Positions 55,865 to 64,000 of a stretch of 64,000 nucleotides of DNA are shown in pieces. A program made the position numbers and the translations under genes. This DNA comes from Candidatus Zixiibacteriota bacterium (GTDB lineage Bacteria; Zixibacteria; MSB-5A5; SM1-73): assembly GCA_049679185.1 (NCBI GenBank), contig JBAUFO010000083.1, positions 25,958-89,957 on the forward strand, read 5' to 3'. The notes beneath the pieces are model-generated. The model searched no databases and had not been told where the DNA came from. It worked only from the letters and a program-made list of their open reading frames with translations. Every line of letters starts with the position of its first letter. Position 1 is the first letter of the stretch.

Positions 55865-56526
55865 CCTGATACCTCCTTATGTTCATCCGACAGTTTGTTT
55901 ATCCGTGTCTCAAGCTTGAATAGCCAGACAAAGAGAAAGGTGAAGCCAGCCAGCGAGGCTAAAAAAGTGGCCAGAACGGCCGGCGACATCTGGATGCGGA
56001 ATCCTTCGGCTATCACCGAATCCGTGGGATGCAGCGACTGATAAACCCGCGGCACCACAAAGACCAAAAACGGGACAGTGACGAAAGCTAAGATGGCGTA
56101 AACGCTTGATAAGGCCGCCCTTCTTTCCTCCGGTTCCACGGCCGATCTTAAAACAAAGTAGGCTCCGTAAATTAGCAGCAGGATGAAAAGAGACGTCTCG
56201 CGTGGGTCCCAGTTCCAGTAGGAGCCCCAGGTGGATTTTGCGAACATCGATCCGGTTATGGTGGCCAGGATGGCAAACAGAAGGCCCAAGCGAGATGCCG
56301 CGGCTGCCCCGGCGTCATGGATCAGATCCTTGCTCCGGAGATACATTACGGAGTAGATAAACGCAATCAAGAAAGCCAGAACCGCCACCCAGGCTACCGG
56401 AACGTGAAAGAAGAGAATCCTGGATACGTCGCCCAGTTGGGACTGCGGCGGCGGCAGGAGAAAGGCCGCCACGATCACAGCACACATCCAGACTAATAAG
56501 AGTAGCTTCCAGAACATCCAGTCCAC
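55861..56526 (-). CDS. ccmC: heme exporter protein C
   Basis: WGSYWNWDPRET WWD heme-handling motif, 6 TM helices, conserved His residues. Confidence 0.9.
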   Translation of the reverse strand: MDWMFWKLLLLVWMCAVIVAAFLLPPPQSQLGDVSRILFFHVPVAWVAVLAFLIAFIYSVMYLRSKDLIHDAGAAAASRLGLLFAILATITGSMFAKSTWGSYWNWDPRETSLFILLLIYGAYFVLRSAVEPEERRAALSSVYAILAFVTVPFLVFVVPRVYQSLHPTDSVIAEGFRIQMSPAVLATFLASLAGFTFLFVWLFKLETRINKLSDEHKEVSG

Positions 56527-56541
56527 CCAGCTGAGAGTTAT

Positions 56542-57225
56542 TTATTCGCTCCATACAAAATCGAACAGAAGCAGCGACGCCGTGAACATCACCACCACGT
56601 AAGATATGAGCAATCTTAAGTCGTTCCAGCCGGCGGAAAAACTCTCTCCCTGCAGGGACAGGTAAGTGCCGTCTATTGCAGCCATCAACAGCGGTAAGAG
56701 TATGGGAAACGACAGCACCGCAAAGAGCGCTCCTCTCACCCGGGCCCGGGATATGATGGCGGCTATGATGGTGGTGGCAGAGGCCAATCCCAGGCTGCCG
56801 GTTAGAAGAATCGACAAAAAGAGCCACAGGTTGGAAACGGATATGTTCATCAGGATCAAAAACAGCGGAACGATCACGATCTCCAGGGTCAAAAGAAGGG
56901 CTAAATTGAACAGAAACTTTCCGAAAAGGACGATGCCGGGTGTGGCCACCATTCTCAACACGTTAACCGTTCTGCTTTCCTCCTCTTTTACGAAGACCTG
57001 GGCCAGTCCGGACATGGAGGAGAAGAATATGATCAGCCAGAAAAGGGATGAGGCCATCTTGGGACTCAGGGAGGATGCACCAAAGGAGAAGCTCACTACT
57101 GCCAGCGTGGTAAGGGCAAACATGAGGATGGCATTCAGAGCATACCTGGTGCGGAACTCGCACTTCAAATCCTTTGCCAACAGCCAGGCCGATTTAGCCG
57201 CCCAGCCGGATGACTTGATCGCCAT
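56542..57225 (-). CDS. ccmB: heme exporter permease protein B
   Basis: 227 aa, 6 TM helices; position between ccmA and ccmC; CcmB-like FxxDxxDGSL-type region (AIDGTYLSL). Confidence 0.75.
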   Translation of the reverse strand: MAIKSSGWAAKSAWLLAKDLKCEFRTRYALNAILMFALTTLAVVSFSFGASSLSPKMASSLFWLIIFFSSMSGLAQVFVKEEESRTVNVLRMVATPGIVLFGKFLFNLALLLTLEIVIVPLFLILMNISVSNLWLFLSILLTGSLGLASATTIIAAIISRARVRGALFAVLSFPILLPLLMAAIDGTYLSLQGESFSAGWNDLRLLISYVVVMFTASLLLFDFVWSE

Positions 57226-57811
57226 ATTTCGTATCCGCCTTCTCGTTGGTGGCCAGGATCAATATACCTCTTTCCCTCTGCCGGGAGACCGTCCGGTCCA
57301 CCAGTGATATTCCTTCCTCATCTAAATTCGCCGTCGGCTCGTCCAAAAGCAGAATCCTCGGCTCAAACAAAAGAGCCAGGGCATATTTCAGCCTTTGCTT
57401 CATTCCTGAGGAGAAGGAAAAGACCAAGTCGTTCTCCCTTTTCGCAAGACCGACCTGGCCTATCTTCTCTTTCAGCTCGTCCCTGGTCAAACTCAAACCC
57501 CGAAGCCGGGAGAGAAACAAGAGATTCTCCATAGAGGTAAGCTCACCATAGAGTTCTAAGTCAGGCATCACCAACCAAAGGAGATTCTTGCTCTCCTCCG
57601 GTGTAAGATTTTTCTGTCCGGAGTTGATCAGAATCTGACCCTTGGTGGGCCGGATAAGCCCGGAGAGAATCTTGAGCAAGGTGGTCTTCCCCGATCCGTT
57701 CTTGCCCGTGACAACCAGCGAGCCTCTTTCCTCAAGAGAGAAACTGATCCGATCAAACACTTGCCGTTTGCCGAACCATTTCCCCACTTCCTTAGCCTGC
57801 AAAGAGATCAT
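57194..57811 (-). CDS. ccmA: heme exporter ABC ATPase
   Basis: Walker A GKNGSGKTT, signature FSSGMKQRL, Walker B LLLDEP; 205 aa as expected for CcmA. Confidence 0.85.
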   Translation of the reverse strand: MISLQAKEVGKWFGKRQVFDRISFSLEERGSLVVTGKNGSGKTTLLKILSGLIRPTKGQILINSGQKNLTPEESKNLLWLVMPDLELYGELTSMENLLFLSRLRGLSLTRDELKEKIGQVGLAKRENDLVFSFSSGMKQRLKYALALLFEPRILLLDEPTANLDEEGISLVDRTVSRQRERGILILATNEKADTKYGDQVIRLGG

Positions 57812-58062
57812 CGCTTTTTCCGGAGGTAAGAGAATCTCGACTCAGTCATTCAAACGAAAATATCACAAAGTGACACCAGAGTCAAGGGAAATGAGAACCG
57901 CCCCTTCGCGGATCTTGCCCCTACTGGGCTGACGGCAGACGATCAGGGCTGCGGATGACCCCGAATTGTATCACTAAAGCAAAAGAAAAAGGGATTTTGG
58001 CAGCTCAAAGAAGAGCCTCTCCAAAATCCCTGACATGCCGGTTTTTAGATTTGTCTTTCCAG

Positions 58063-58791
58063 CTAATCTATCGTGCTCAAAAGCCTGCCCCACCTGACCC
58101 GATTGGGAAGATGGAGGATATTGTACCCGATATTGTGCGGTACTGATAGAAGCTCTCTGCTGGATACTACGGGGGCATTGGGATCGGGAGCCCAGGACCA
58201 GTGAATGATCATGGCTTTACCCAAAACCAGCTCTCTGGGGAGGAATCCCCAGAAGCGAGAATCTGCGCTGTTGTCCCGATTGTCCCCCATCATGAACAGA
58301 TGACCATTGGGTACCTTAGCCGGCCCGAAATTGTCCCGGACGTCTCTTCCCGGCGACCGGGTATTCGGATCAGTGTATTTTGCCAGAGCGGGATCCTCAA
58401 CTCCTTTTCCGTCGACATACAAAACCTTATTTCTGATTTCAACCGTCTGTCCCTCTACGGCCACACACCTTTTTATGTAGTTGACCTTGGGGTTAAGTGG
58501 ATATTTGAAGATGACGATGTCACCTGGCTTCGGTTCTCTGAGGGCCGGGAGATGAACCGGCAAAAGAGGAACCTTGGAGCCGTAGATGAACTTGTTGGCT
58601 AAAAGAAAATCGCCCACCAGAAGGGTATCCTCCATCGAGCCGGAGGGAATCTTATACGCTTCCACCACCGAACATTTGACGATCAACGCAAAAATCAAAG
58701 CTATGGCGAAAGACTCAACGTACTCCTTCAGCACGGTAAGTGCGGATTTCTTCTCCCTCTTTTTGACCTCTTGCTTTTTCTTCCTGAACAC
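58063..58791 (-). CDS. lepB: signal peptidase I
   Basis: IPSGSMEDTLLVGDFLLANKF (catalytic Ser), YIKRCVAVEGQ (Lys), FMMGDNRDNSADSRFWG. Confidence 0.9.
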   Translation of the reverse strand: MFRKKKQEVKKREKKSALTVLKEYVESFAIALIFALIVKCSVVEAYKIPSGSMEDTLLVGDFLLANKFIYGSKVPLLPVHLPALREPKPGDIVIFKYPLNPKVNYIKRCVAVEGQTVEIRNKVLYVDGKGVEDPALAKYTDPNTRSPGRDVRDNFGPAKVPNGHLFMMGDNRDNSADSRFWGFLPRELVLGKAMIIHWSWAPDPNAPVVSSRELLSVPHNIGYNILHLPNRVRWGRLLSTID

Positions 58792-58967
58792 AGGTTTTCC
58801 TCCGGTTTGATATTTGAGACGCTCATTTTGAGTATACGGTAGGGCAGACCGCTTGGTTTAAGAATATTTACCGGGAGACGACAGGCGGCCGGCAAATACG
58901 GCGATTTTGAATTCTTGCAGACCGTCAGACTTCATGAATATTGAACCGCCAAGTCGGCAATCTGGTA

Positions 58968-58996
58968 TTGACTTGATTGGAGAAAAGTTGTATAAT
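58968..58996 (+). promoter_or_regulatory. near-consensus sigma70 promoter (TTGACT, 17 nt, TATAAT) for the class-V aminotransferase gene
   Basis: TTGACT 58968-58973, TATAAT 58991-58996, start codon 30 nt downstream. Confidence 0.65.
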
Positions 58997-59025
58997 CGCA
59001 TGAATGCCAAAACTGAAAGGCAACT

Positions 59026-60201
59026 ATGGAAAAGCTGATTTATCTTGACAGCGGCGCGACCACCTTTCCAAAACCTGAAGAGGTTTATGTGGCGATGGAT
59101 GAATTCTCTCGCTGCTGCGGAGTCAACCCGGGTCGCTCGGGGTACGATCTCTGCATGGTAGCCGGATCCATGGTCGAGGAAACCCGCAAGCTTCTCACCC
59201 GATTCTTCAACGGAACTGATCCCAACCGTCTGATCTTTGCTTACAACGCCACGGACGCTCTGAATCTGGCCATCTTCGGTTTGCTGAAGGAGGGCGATCA
59301 TGTGATCACCTCCAATATAGAACATAATTCTGTCATTCGGCCGCTCTACCATCTCTACAAGTATGGCGGGGTCGAAGTCGATCATGTCCCCTTTGACGGT
59401 CAGGGATTTCTGGACCCGGACGAGTTCGCCCGGCGTTTCAAGAAGAACACCAAACTGGTTGCGATCAATCACGCCTCCAACGTCATCGGCACCGTGCAGC
59501 CGGTTGGGGAAATCGGACGGCTCTGCCGGGAGCGCGGAATCACCTTTGTGGTCGACTCTGCCCAGTCGGCGGGCAAGATTCCGGTAGATATGGAAGAGCT
59601 TAATATCGACGTGGTGGCTTTCACCGGCCACAAGTCTCTTATGGGACCGATGGGGATAGGCGGACTCTATGTCCGTGAAGGTATTGAGATCCGGCACACC
59701 CGCGCCGGCGGCACAGGCGTGCGCTCGGCCGTCCGCACTCACTTGGACGAATACCCATACCGGCTGGAGTACGGTACCCCGAACCTGCCGGGAATAGCGG
59801 GGTTAAACGCCGGCGTCAAATGGGTGCTTGAGGAAGGGATGTCAACGATCCACGGACGCGAAACAAAGCTGCTCCGTATGTTGAGGGACGGGTTGCGGGA
59901 AATAGAAGGCGTGACCCTGCACTGCCAAGATAATCTTGACAATCACATCGGCATTCTCTCGTTCAATGTGGAGGGGCTGGAGGCAATGGACACTGGTACC
60001 ATGCTGGACGTCGACTACAGCATAACCAGCCGCACCGGCTTGCACTGCGCTCCCCGGGTGCATGAGCAGCTGGGCACTGATAAGATTCATGGATCGGTAA
60101 GATTCGGGATAGGCCCCTTAAATACCGCCGAAGATATCGAAGCCGCCATCAGTGCTGTGGGAGAAATCGCCCGAATTCGTCAAAAGCAGAAGACCTGTTG
60201 A
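59026..60201 (+). CDS. class-V aminotransferase / cysteine-desulfurase-like PLP enzyme
   Basis: LDSGATTFPKP, FTGHKSLMGPMGIGGLYV (PLP-Lys), and a C-terminal Cys in TSRTGLHCAP resembling a desulfurase/selenocysteine-lyase active-site loop. Confidence 0.85.
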   Translation: MEKLIYLDSGATTFPKPEEVYVAMDEFSRCCGVNPGRSGYDLCMVAGSMVEETRKLLTRFFNGTDPNRLIFAYNATDALNLAIFGLLKEGDHVITSNIEHNSVIRPLYHLYKYGGVEVDHVPFDGQGFLDPDEFARRFKKNTKLVAINHASNVIGTVQPVGEIGRLCRERGITFVVDSAQSAGKIPVDMEELNIDVVAFTGHKSLMGPMGIGGLYVREGIEIRHTRAGGTGVRSAVRTHLDEYPYRLEYGTPNLPGIAGLNAGVKWVLEEGMSTIHGRETKLLRMLRDGLREIEGVTLHCQDNLDNHIGILSFNVEGLEAMDTGTMLDVDYSITSRTGLHCAPRVHEQLGTDKIHGSVRFGIGPLNTAEDIEAAISAVGEIARIRQKQKTC

Positions 60202-60237
60202 CTGGTGATATTGACCTTCCGGCCGACCTTTCTCATG

Positions 60238-61587
60238 TCATCTCTCCTTCTTCTCAATCACCAGAGCGTCTGCGAGCACCTCGGACACGGTCTTGATCTC
60301 TACTTTAAGGTCATATTCGCGGTTAAGCTCGCTGAGTTGGTCGATACAGTTGTGACAAGGAGTGACCACGATCTCAGCTCCGGTCTCTCGGATCTGATCT
60401 GCCTTGATCTTGCCTGTCTCCAATCGCCTCTTGGCATAGCGTGTCATGGCTAACTGACCCCCGCCGCCGCCGCAACATAAATTCTTTTCGCGATTCGGAT
60501 ACATCTCCACGAAGTCGGTGACCGCATTGTTGAGAATGTAGCGCTGTTCTTCGATGATGCCGCCCAGGCGCACCAGGTTGCAAGGATCATGAAGTGTCAC
60601 CACTTTCTGATTGCGCGAAGGGTCCAGCTTGATGCGTCCCTGGCGGATATAATCAGCGATGATTTGAATAACGCTTTTGACCTCGAATCTGTCCTCTGTT
60701 GCCATCCACTCCGGCGCTTCCCAGCGATTGGAATTATAGCCGTGACCGCATTCACCCAGGACCAGTATCTTGGCGCCGAACTTAGCCATTGACTCGCGCA
60801 AACGCGATGAAATCAGGGCCGCCGCTTCGTCATCGCCACTGTAAAGGCCATAGTTGGTAACGTCATAGTAGTCGGCTGATACGGTCCAGCTTTCCCTGGC
60901 GGCGTAGAATATCTTGGCAGTAGCCAGAAGAGACAACGGAAAGAATTTCGGTTCGCGCGGGTTGACGGTGTAAAGGATTTTCGTTCCCGGCTTATCGACC
61001 GGCAGATGCGCCTGCGGATCGCCCACCTCCATCTGCAGTTCTTCGCTCAACCACTGGAGTGTATCCAGCCACTCCTCCCGGGGAATGCCCATATTATTCC
61101 CCTTTTCCACGGCGGTGGTCACCGTTGACTGCAGGCCGGGCGGAACAAGGTCGATGGAAGCCAGGCTGGTTCTGGCCATGCGGATTAAACGCGTTATGTT
61201 GATACCCATGGTGCAGTTGAGCGCGCAGCGTCCACACAGGGTGCAGCGTCCGAACAGCGAATCGACCCATTGCTCGACCATCCGGGCATCCAAAGCACTA
61301 TCACCTTCGCTCCCTTTTGCCAGTCCGCCCAGCACGGTCAGGAGCTTTCTGAATACCGAGCTTACCAGTTTGAGTTTGTAGGCCGGGATGGCCTCAGTCT
61401 CTCCGGTGACCACAAAGTAGTGGCAGGAGTCGGCGCAAAGGCCGCAGTTGACGCATGACTGCAGGTTGGCAACTGCTTTGTGGTCAAGCAGTTGCTTGAA
61501 GGACTTAAGGGCCGATTTCAGTTGTTCCGCTTTGAGGCCGCGGATGCGCTCTAAATAAGTATCTTTTGAGTCTACCTCGGATGCCAT
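60238..61587 (-). CDS. HdrD/DsrK-like iron-sulfur protein (two [4Fe-4S] ferredoxin motifs + CCG domains)
   Basis: CVNCGLCADSCHY and CTLCGRCALNC cluster motifs; CCG-domain signatures LCCGGGGG and HDPCNLVR/TPCHNC. Confidence 0.8.
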   Translation of the reverse strand: MASEVDSKDTYLERIRGLKAEQLKSALKSFKQLLDHKAVANLQSCVNCGLCADSCHYFVVTGETEAIPAYKLKLVSSVFRKLLTVLGGLAKGSEGDSALDARMVEQWVDSLFGRCTLCGRCALNCTMGINITRLIRMARTSLASIDLVPPGLQSTVTTAVEKGNNMGIPREEWLDTLQWLSEELQMEVGDPQAHLPVDKPGTKILYTVNPREPKFFPLSLLATAKIFYAARESWTVSADYYDVTNYGLYSGDDEAAALISSRLRESMAKFGAKILVLGECGHGYNSNRWEAPEWMATEDRFEVKSVIQIIADYIRQGRIKLDPSRNQKVVTLHDPCNLVRLGGIIEEQRYILNNAVTDFVEMYPNREKNLCCGGGGGQLAMTRYAKRRLETGKIKADQIRETGAEIVVTPCHNCIDQLSELNREYDLKVEIKTVSEVLADALVIEKKER

Positions 61588-61590
61588 ATG

Positions 61591-62226
61591 CTAAGCTTTC
61601 TTTGAAGGATGAGGAAGCACACCTCTCCGGCCAAAGAACTCGCCGAAGAGAATCCGACTGTAGAAGAAGAAAGCGCAGTGACGAAGTTTCCCGAATGGGA
61701 TGTAAACAAAGATAATGATGGCTACAAAAAGAAATGCCATGTGTACAGTTTCGGTGAAAGTCGATGTTAGAGCCGATAACAGGAAAAGGTCGACCAGAGA
61801 GTTGGCCAGATAGTCATCACCGCTGCTCAAGGACCTCATCTGTGCTTTAAGTATTCTCTTGATGAGCAGCGCCACTCCGCAAACCACGCCGATGAACAGT
61901 AGTATTCGTGCTGCCTGCAGAAACGGTGCAAAAAGTGAAATGTGCAGTACCACCGTTGCCAGAAACAGCATTGCCATCAGTATGCCGACGTGATAAAGGA
62001 TGCCGCCCATATAAGTCCAAATATGTTTGGCAGCGCTCTCCTTTTCCCAGGGCAGCATGCCCGGCCCGAAGGCGTACATAATACCCGCGAACCTGCTGCC
62101 TCGTGGGTGTGCATAGGTCGGTCTCCGGCCGAAGGCGAAAGTTCGCGCGACCAGCAACCTTAGAACGACGAGGCAGAACAGCAGCGAAGCCGCTACACCC
62201 AGTTTCAGTAACGCAAATAGAGACAT
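61591..62226 (-). CDS. NarI-like cytochrome b membrane subunit (DsrM/HdrE-like)
   Basis: 211 aa, 5 predicted TM helices with His residues placed for bis-heme ligation; 3 nt upstream of the HdrD/DsrK-like gene. Confidence 0.55.
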   Translation of the reverse strand: MSLFALLKLGVAASLLFCLVVLRLLVARTFAFGRRPTYAHPRGSRFAGIMYAFGPGMLPWEKESAAKHIWTYMGGILYHVGILMAMLFLATVVLHISLFAPFLQAARILLFIGVVCGVALLIKRILKAQMRSLSSGDDYLANSLVDLFLLSALTSTFTETVHMAFLFVAIIIFVYIPFGKLRHCAFFFYSRILFGEFFGRRGVLPHPSKKA

Positions 62227-62235
62227 TTTGAGGAC

Positions 62236-62556
62236 CTATACACAGCCGTCCGGCTTGGGCAGACCGGCAATCTTACACGCCCCCTTGGCAGGACCTGAGG
62301 GGAATAGTTCGTAAATGCGGCGAAGAGGCAGGCTGGTGGTCTTACAAATGGAACGAACCATAGGCGCTAAGTTGGTTTCCAGGTAATGATTCCGAATGAA
62401 TTCAATGACCGCCCAGTGTTCTGCGGTCAAATCATCGATACCTTCTGCAGCTTTGGCCAAAACCTCCGCAGCCTGTTTATCCCACTGACTGGAATCTGTC
62501 AGAAACCCCTCTTCGTTTAGCTCTAATTTCTTGTCACCGACATCGAGATGAGACAT
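62236..62556 (-). CDS. DsrC/TusE-family sulfur-relay protein carrying both conserved C-terminal cysteines
   Basis: 106 aa ending ...GPAKGACKIAGLPKPDGCV (Cys-x10-Cys-Val, the DsrC arm); conserved HW.VI.F.R..Y core. Confidence 0.85.
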   Translation of the reverse strand: MSHLDVGDKKLELNEEGFLTDSSQWDKQAAEVLAKAAEGIDDLTAEHWAVIEFIRNHYLETNLAPMVRSICKTTSLPLRRIYELFPSGPAKGACKIAGLPKPDGCV

Positions 62557-62746
62557 AGGCCTACTTCCTCCGGTTAAATTTGCTGACCGGGAAGATAATG
62601 CAACTTAACCTGCTTGGCAAGGGAATTCCGATTGGGCGAATACCAGCGGCGGACTGCCGACGGTGGACGGCGGACAGAAGCACAAGCAAACAGGGGTGGT
62701 TCCGCGCAAGACTTAGATAAATTCCGCACTTTCGCGACAAAACAGC

Positions 62747-62775
62747 TTGACACAGAGGCGTTGGAGGGTTATTTT
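62747..62775 (+). promoter_or_regulatory. sigma70 promoter (TTGACA, 17 nt, TATTTT) upstream of the HEPN gene
   Basis: TTGACA 62747-62752, TATTTT 62770-62775; ~125-nt leader to the ATG at 62905. Confidence 0.5.
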
Positions 62776-62904
62776 ACCCCCGGTCCTGCAGGAACACACG
62801 CTTGCAAGGTTGTCAGGGAGGTTGCTATGGGGTACTCTAAACTCGCTTTGGGGTCTTACGCGGGTCAGTATAATCAATGTTAGCGAGCACATAATTGAAG
62901 CATC

Positions 62905-63693
62905 ATGGACGCAGTTGATATTTCACAAGTTCTGCGCGACGCAGAGAACGCTTTGCGTGATTTCATAGCGTTTAAGCTCCAGAAATCTATCGGAGATAAT
63001 TGGATTGAACTATGTGGGGTATCACCGGAGCGGATCGAGAGGTGGAAAGAGCGAAAGGAAATTGAAGAAAAGAAGCAGGTGGCTGGAGTAGTTGAAGAGC
63101 GGTTGATCTACTACGCGGACTTCTACGATCTGATAACAATTCTGAAGCATCGGTGGTCGGAAGACTTTTCGGAGGTTTTTGGAAAATGGAAAGACATGGA
63201 GGTGTGGCTCAGCACGCTCGAAGATTTACGTAATCCTGAAGCTCATAGAAGAGAGCTACTTCCTCACCAAAAGCAGCTAGCCGCTGGTATAGCAGGTGAG
63301 ATTAGAACCCGGATCGTTCGTTATCGTAGCAAGGACGTAGCGGTCGACAACTACTTCCCCCGAATTGAGAGCGCTCGCGACAACCATGGTAATCTGTTTA
63401 CTGCCGGCGAGTCAAGTATGTTCGACACAGGCACCGTTCTTCACCCTGGTGACGACTTGGAGTTCATCGTGACTGCCTCCGACCCCTATGGTCAGAAGTT
63501 ACAGTACGGATTCGGGGTTGGCAGCGATCATCCCTGGCAAGACAGCAACCAGTTTGCTCTGAGGGTTACAGCCGATCACATTGGCAAAGACTTTTACGTC
63601 TCTTTGCGCATCCAGAGTGAGCGCGATTACCATGCGCACAGTTTCTGTGATGACTTTGTTGAGTTCGTCTATACAGTTCTACCGACGAGCTAG
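62905..63693 (+). CDS. HEPN-domain protein (Swt1-like Rx4H RNase motif) with a C-terminal beta-rich domain of unknown function
   Basis: N-terminal ~120 aa: ALRDFIAFKL ... W ... LEDLRNPEAHRRE (R-x4-H HEPN motif). C-terminal ~140 aa without recognisable motifs. Confidence 0.55.
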   Translation: MDAVDISQVLRDAENALRDFIAFKLQKSIGDNWIELCGVSPERIERWKERKEIEEKKQVAGVVEERLIYYADFYDLITILKHRWSEDFSEVFGKWKDMEVWLSTLEDLRNPEAHRRELLPHQKQLAAGIAGEIRTRIVRYRSKDVAVDNYFPRIESARDNHGNLFTAGESSMFDTGTVLHPGDDLEFIVTASDPYGQKLQYGFGVGSDHPWQDSNQFALRVTADHIGKDFYVSLRIQSERDYHAHSFCDDFVEFVYTVLPTS

Positions 63694-63928
63694 AACAGCC
63701 GCAGGTGGGCCACAGGTTTGCTGTGGGGTGGTTGGCAGCAGTAATCAACTTTCATGACCAGCCCGAAACACTACGATGATTCAGACACACTGCGGTTTGT
63801 AACGTTCAGTTGCTGTTTGGTTATGCCCGAAGCGATGCCTTTTTCGCACGCGTGTCATACAGCACCTGAAAGAGCATTTGAGATGTTATAAGCATCAATA
63901 TAAGCAATGTTCTTCGTGAGGGAAGAAG

Positions 63929-64000
63929 ATGACACCATACGAAATCGTCACTTCGCTCATCGCAATCGTCGCGCTCGTAATCTCGACCGCGTCGCTCATC
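63929..64000 (+). CDS. 5' end of an ORF encoding a hydrophobic N-terminus (partial; continues past the window end)
   Basis: GAGGGAAGAAG ATG, then MTPYEIVTSLIAIVALVISTASLI. Confidence 0.3.
   Translation, partial: MTPYEIVTSLIAIVALVISTASLI

Noticed and set aside
1-64000. tRNA, rRNA, tmRNA, RNase P RNA, SRP RNA
   Set aside because: Scanned intergenic regions for T-loop GTTCGA/ATCC-type motifs, the tmRNA tag-coding region, RNase P CR-I/IV/V blocks and the SRP domain-IV GGAAG..AGCAG motif; no convincing match. The 47.5-kb and 10.7-kb hairpin regions only weakly resemble SRP RNA.
1-64000. Mobile elements / integrases / transposases / prophage
   Set aside because: No transposase, integrase, recombinase or phage structural motifs in any frame. 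Only the slightly AT-richer segments at 30.8-31.4 kb and 62.6-63.7 kb hint at acquired DNA.

Overview
Window from a Gram-negative, probably anaerobic, uncultured-type bacterium (GC roughly 50-55%, inferred from gene content). Most genes are housekeeping and cell-envelope functions, packed tightly with frequent ATGA or short start/stop overlaps. Recognisable blocks are as follows. (1) A minus-strand cluster: a ChlI/BchI-type AAA+ ATPase, a VWA protein, a serine-palmitoyltransferase-like alpha-oxoamine synthase, a ~377-aa GNAT-fold acyltransferase, YbjQ, and a GalE-like NAD epimerase truncated at the window edge. (2) trmH-family methylase, ilvC, a PHP phosphoesterase, dapF. (3) Outer-membrane biogenesis: a TamB-like 1206-aa protein with an Omp85/TamA-like barrel, AsmA, an LpxL-family acyltransferase, a GT9 heptosyltransferase, a PfkB kinase and a HAD-IIA hydrolase. 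(4) iscR-iscS-iscU, an unknown ORF, then mnmA. (5) ychF followed by a tandem array of three paralogous polytopic-membrane + TPR proteins; a fourth paralog lies at 18.3-20.5 kb. (6) lon, a Memo-AMMECR1 fusion, an M23 peptidase, comFC-dprA, yigZ, a PfkB kinase, a PAP2 phosphatase, a macro domain protein. (7) pepC (C1B peptidase), an LtaS-like sulfatase, ccmABCD with a previously uncalled 35-aa ccmD, lepB. (8) A class-V aminotransferase convergent with a dsrC/tusE, NarI-like cytochrome b, HdrD/DsrK-like module. (9) A HEPN (Swt1-like) protein with an unassigned C-terminal domain at the right edge. I found no tRNA, rRNA, CRISPR array or transposase. Intergenic regions carry several families of short GC-rich palindromic (REP-like) repeats, a 91-bp tandem duplication and several candidate structured RNAs. 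Things worth a second look: a ChlD-like gene split exactly at an A9 homopolymer (a -1 shift or one extra A fuses the ChlI-like and VWA ORFs into a canonical ChlD architecture); the tandem TM+TPR paralog array (possible GT-C/TMTC-like glycosyltransferases); a putative bacterial ceramide module (Spt-like + GNAT + epimerase); the HEPN protein; an unknown gene inserted in the isc-mnmA sulfur-relay operon; and a dsrC-dsrMK-like module with no dsrAB visible.
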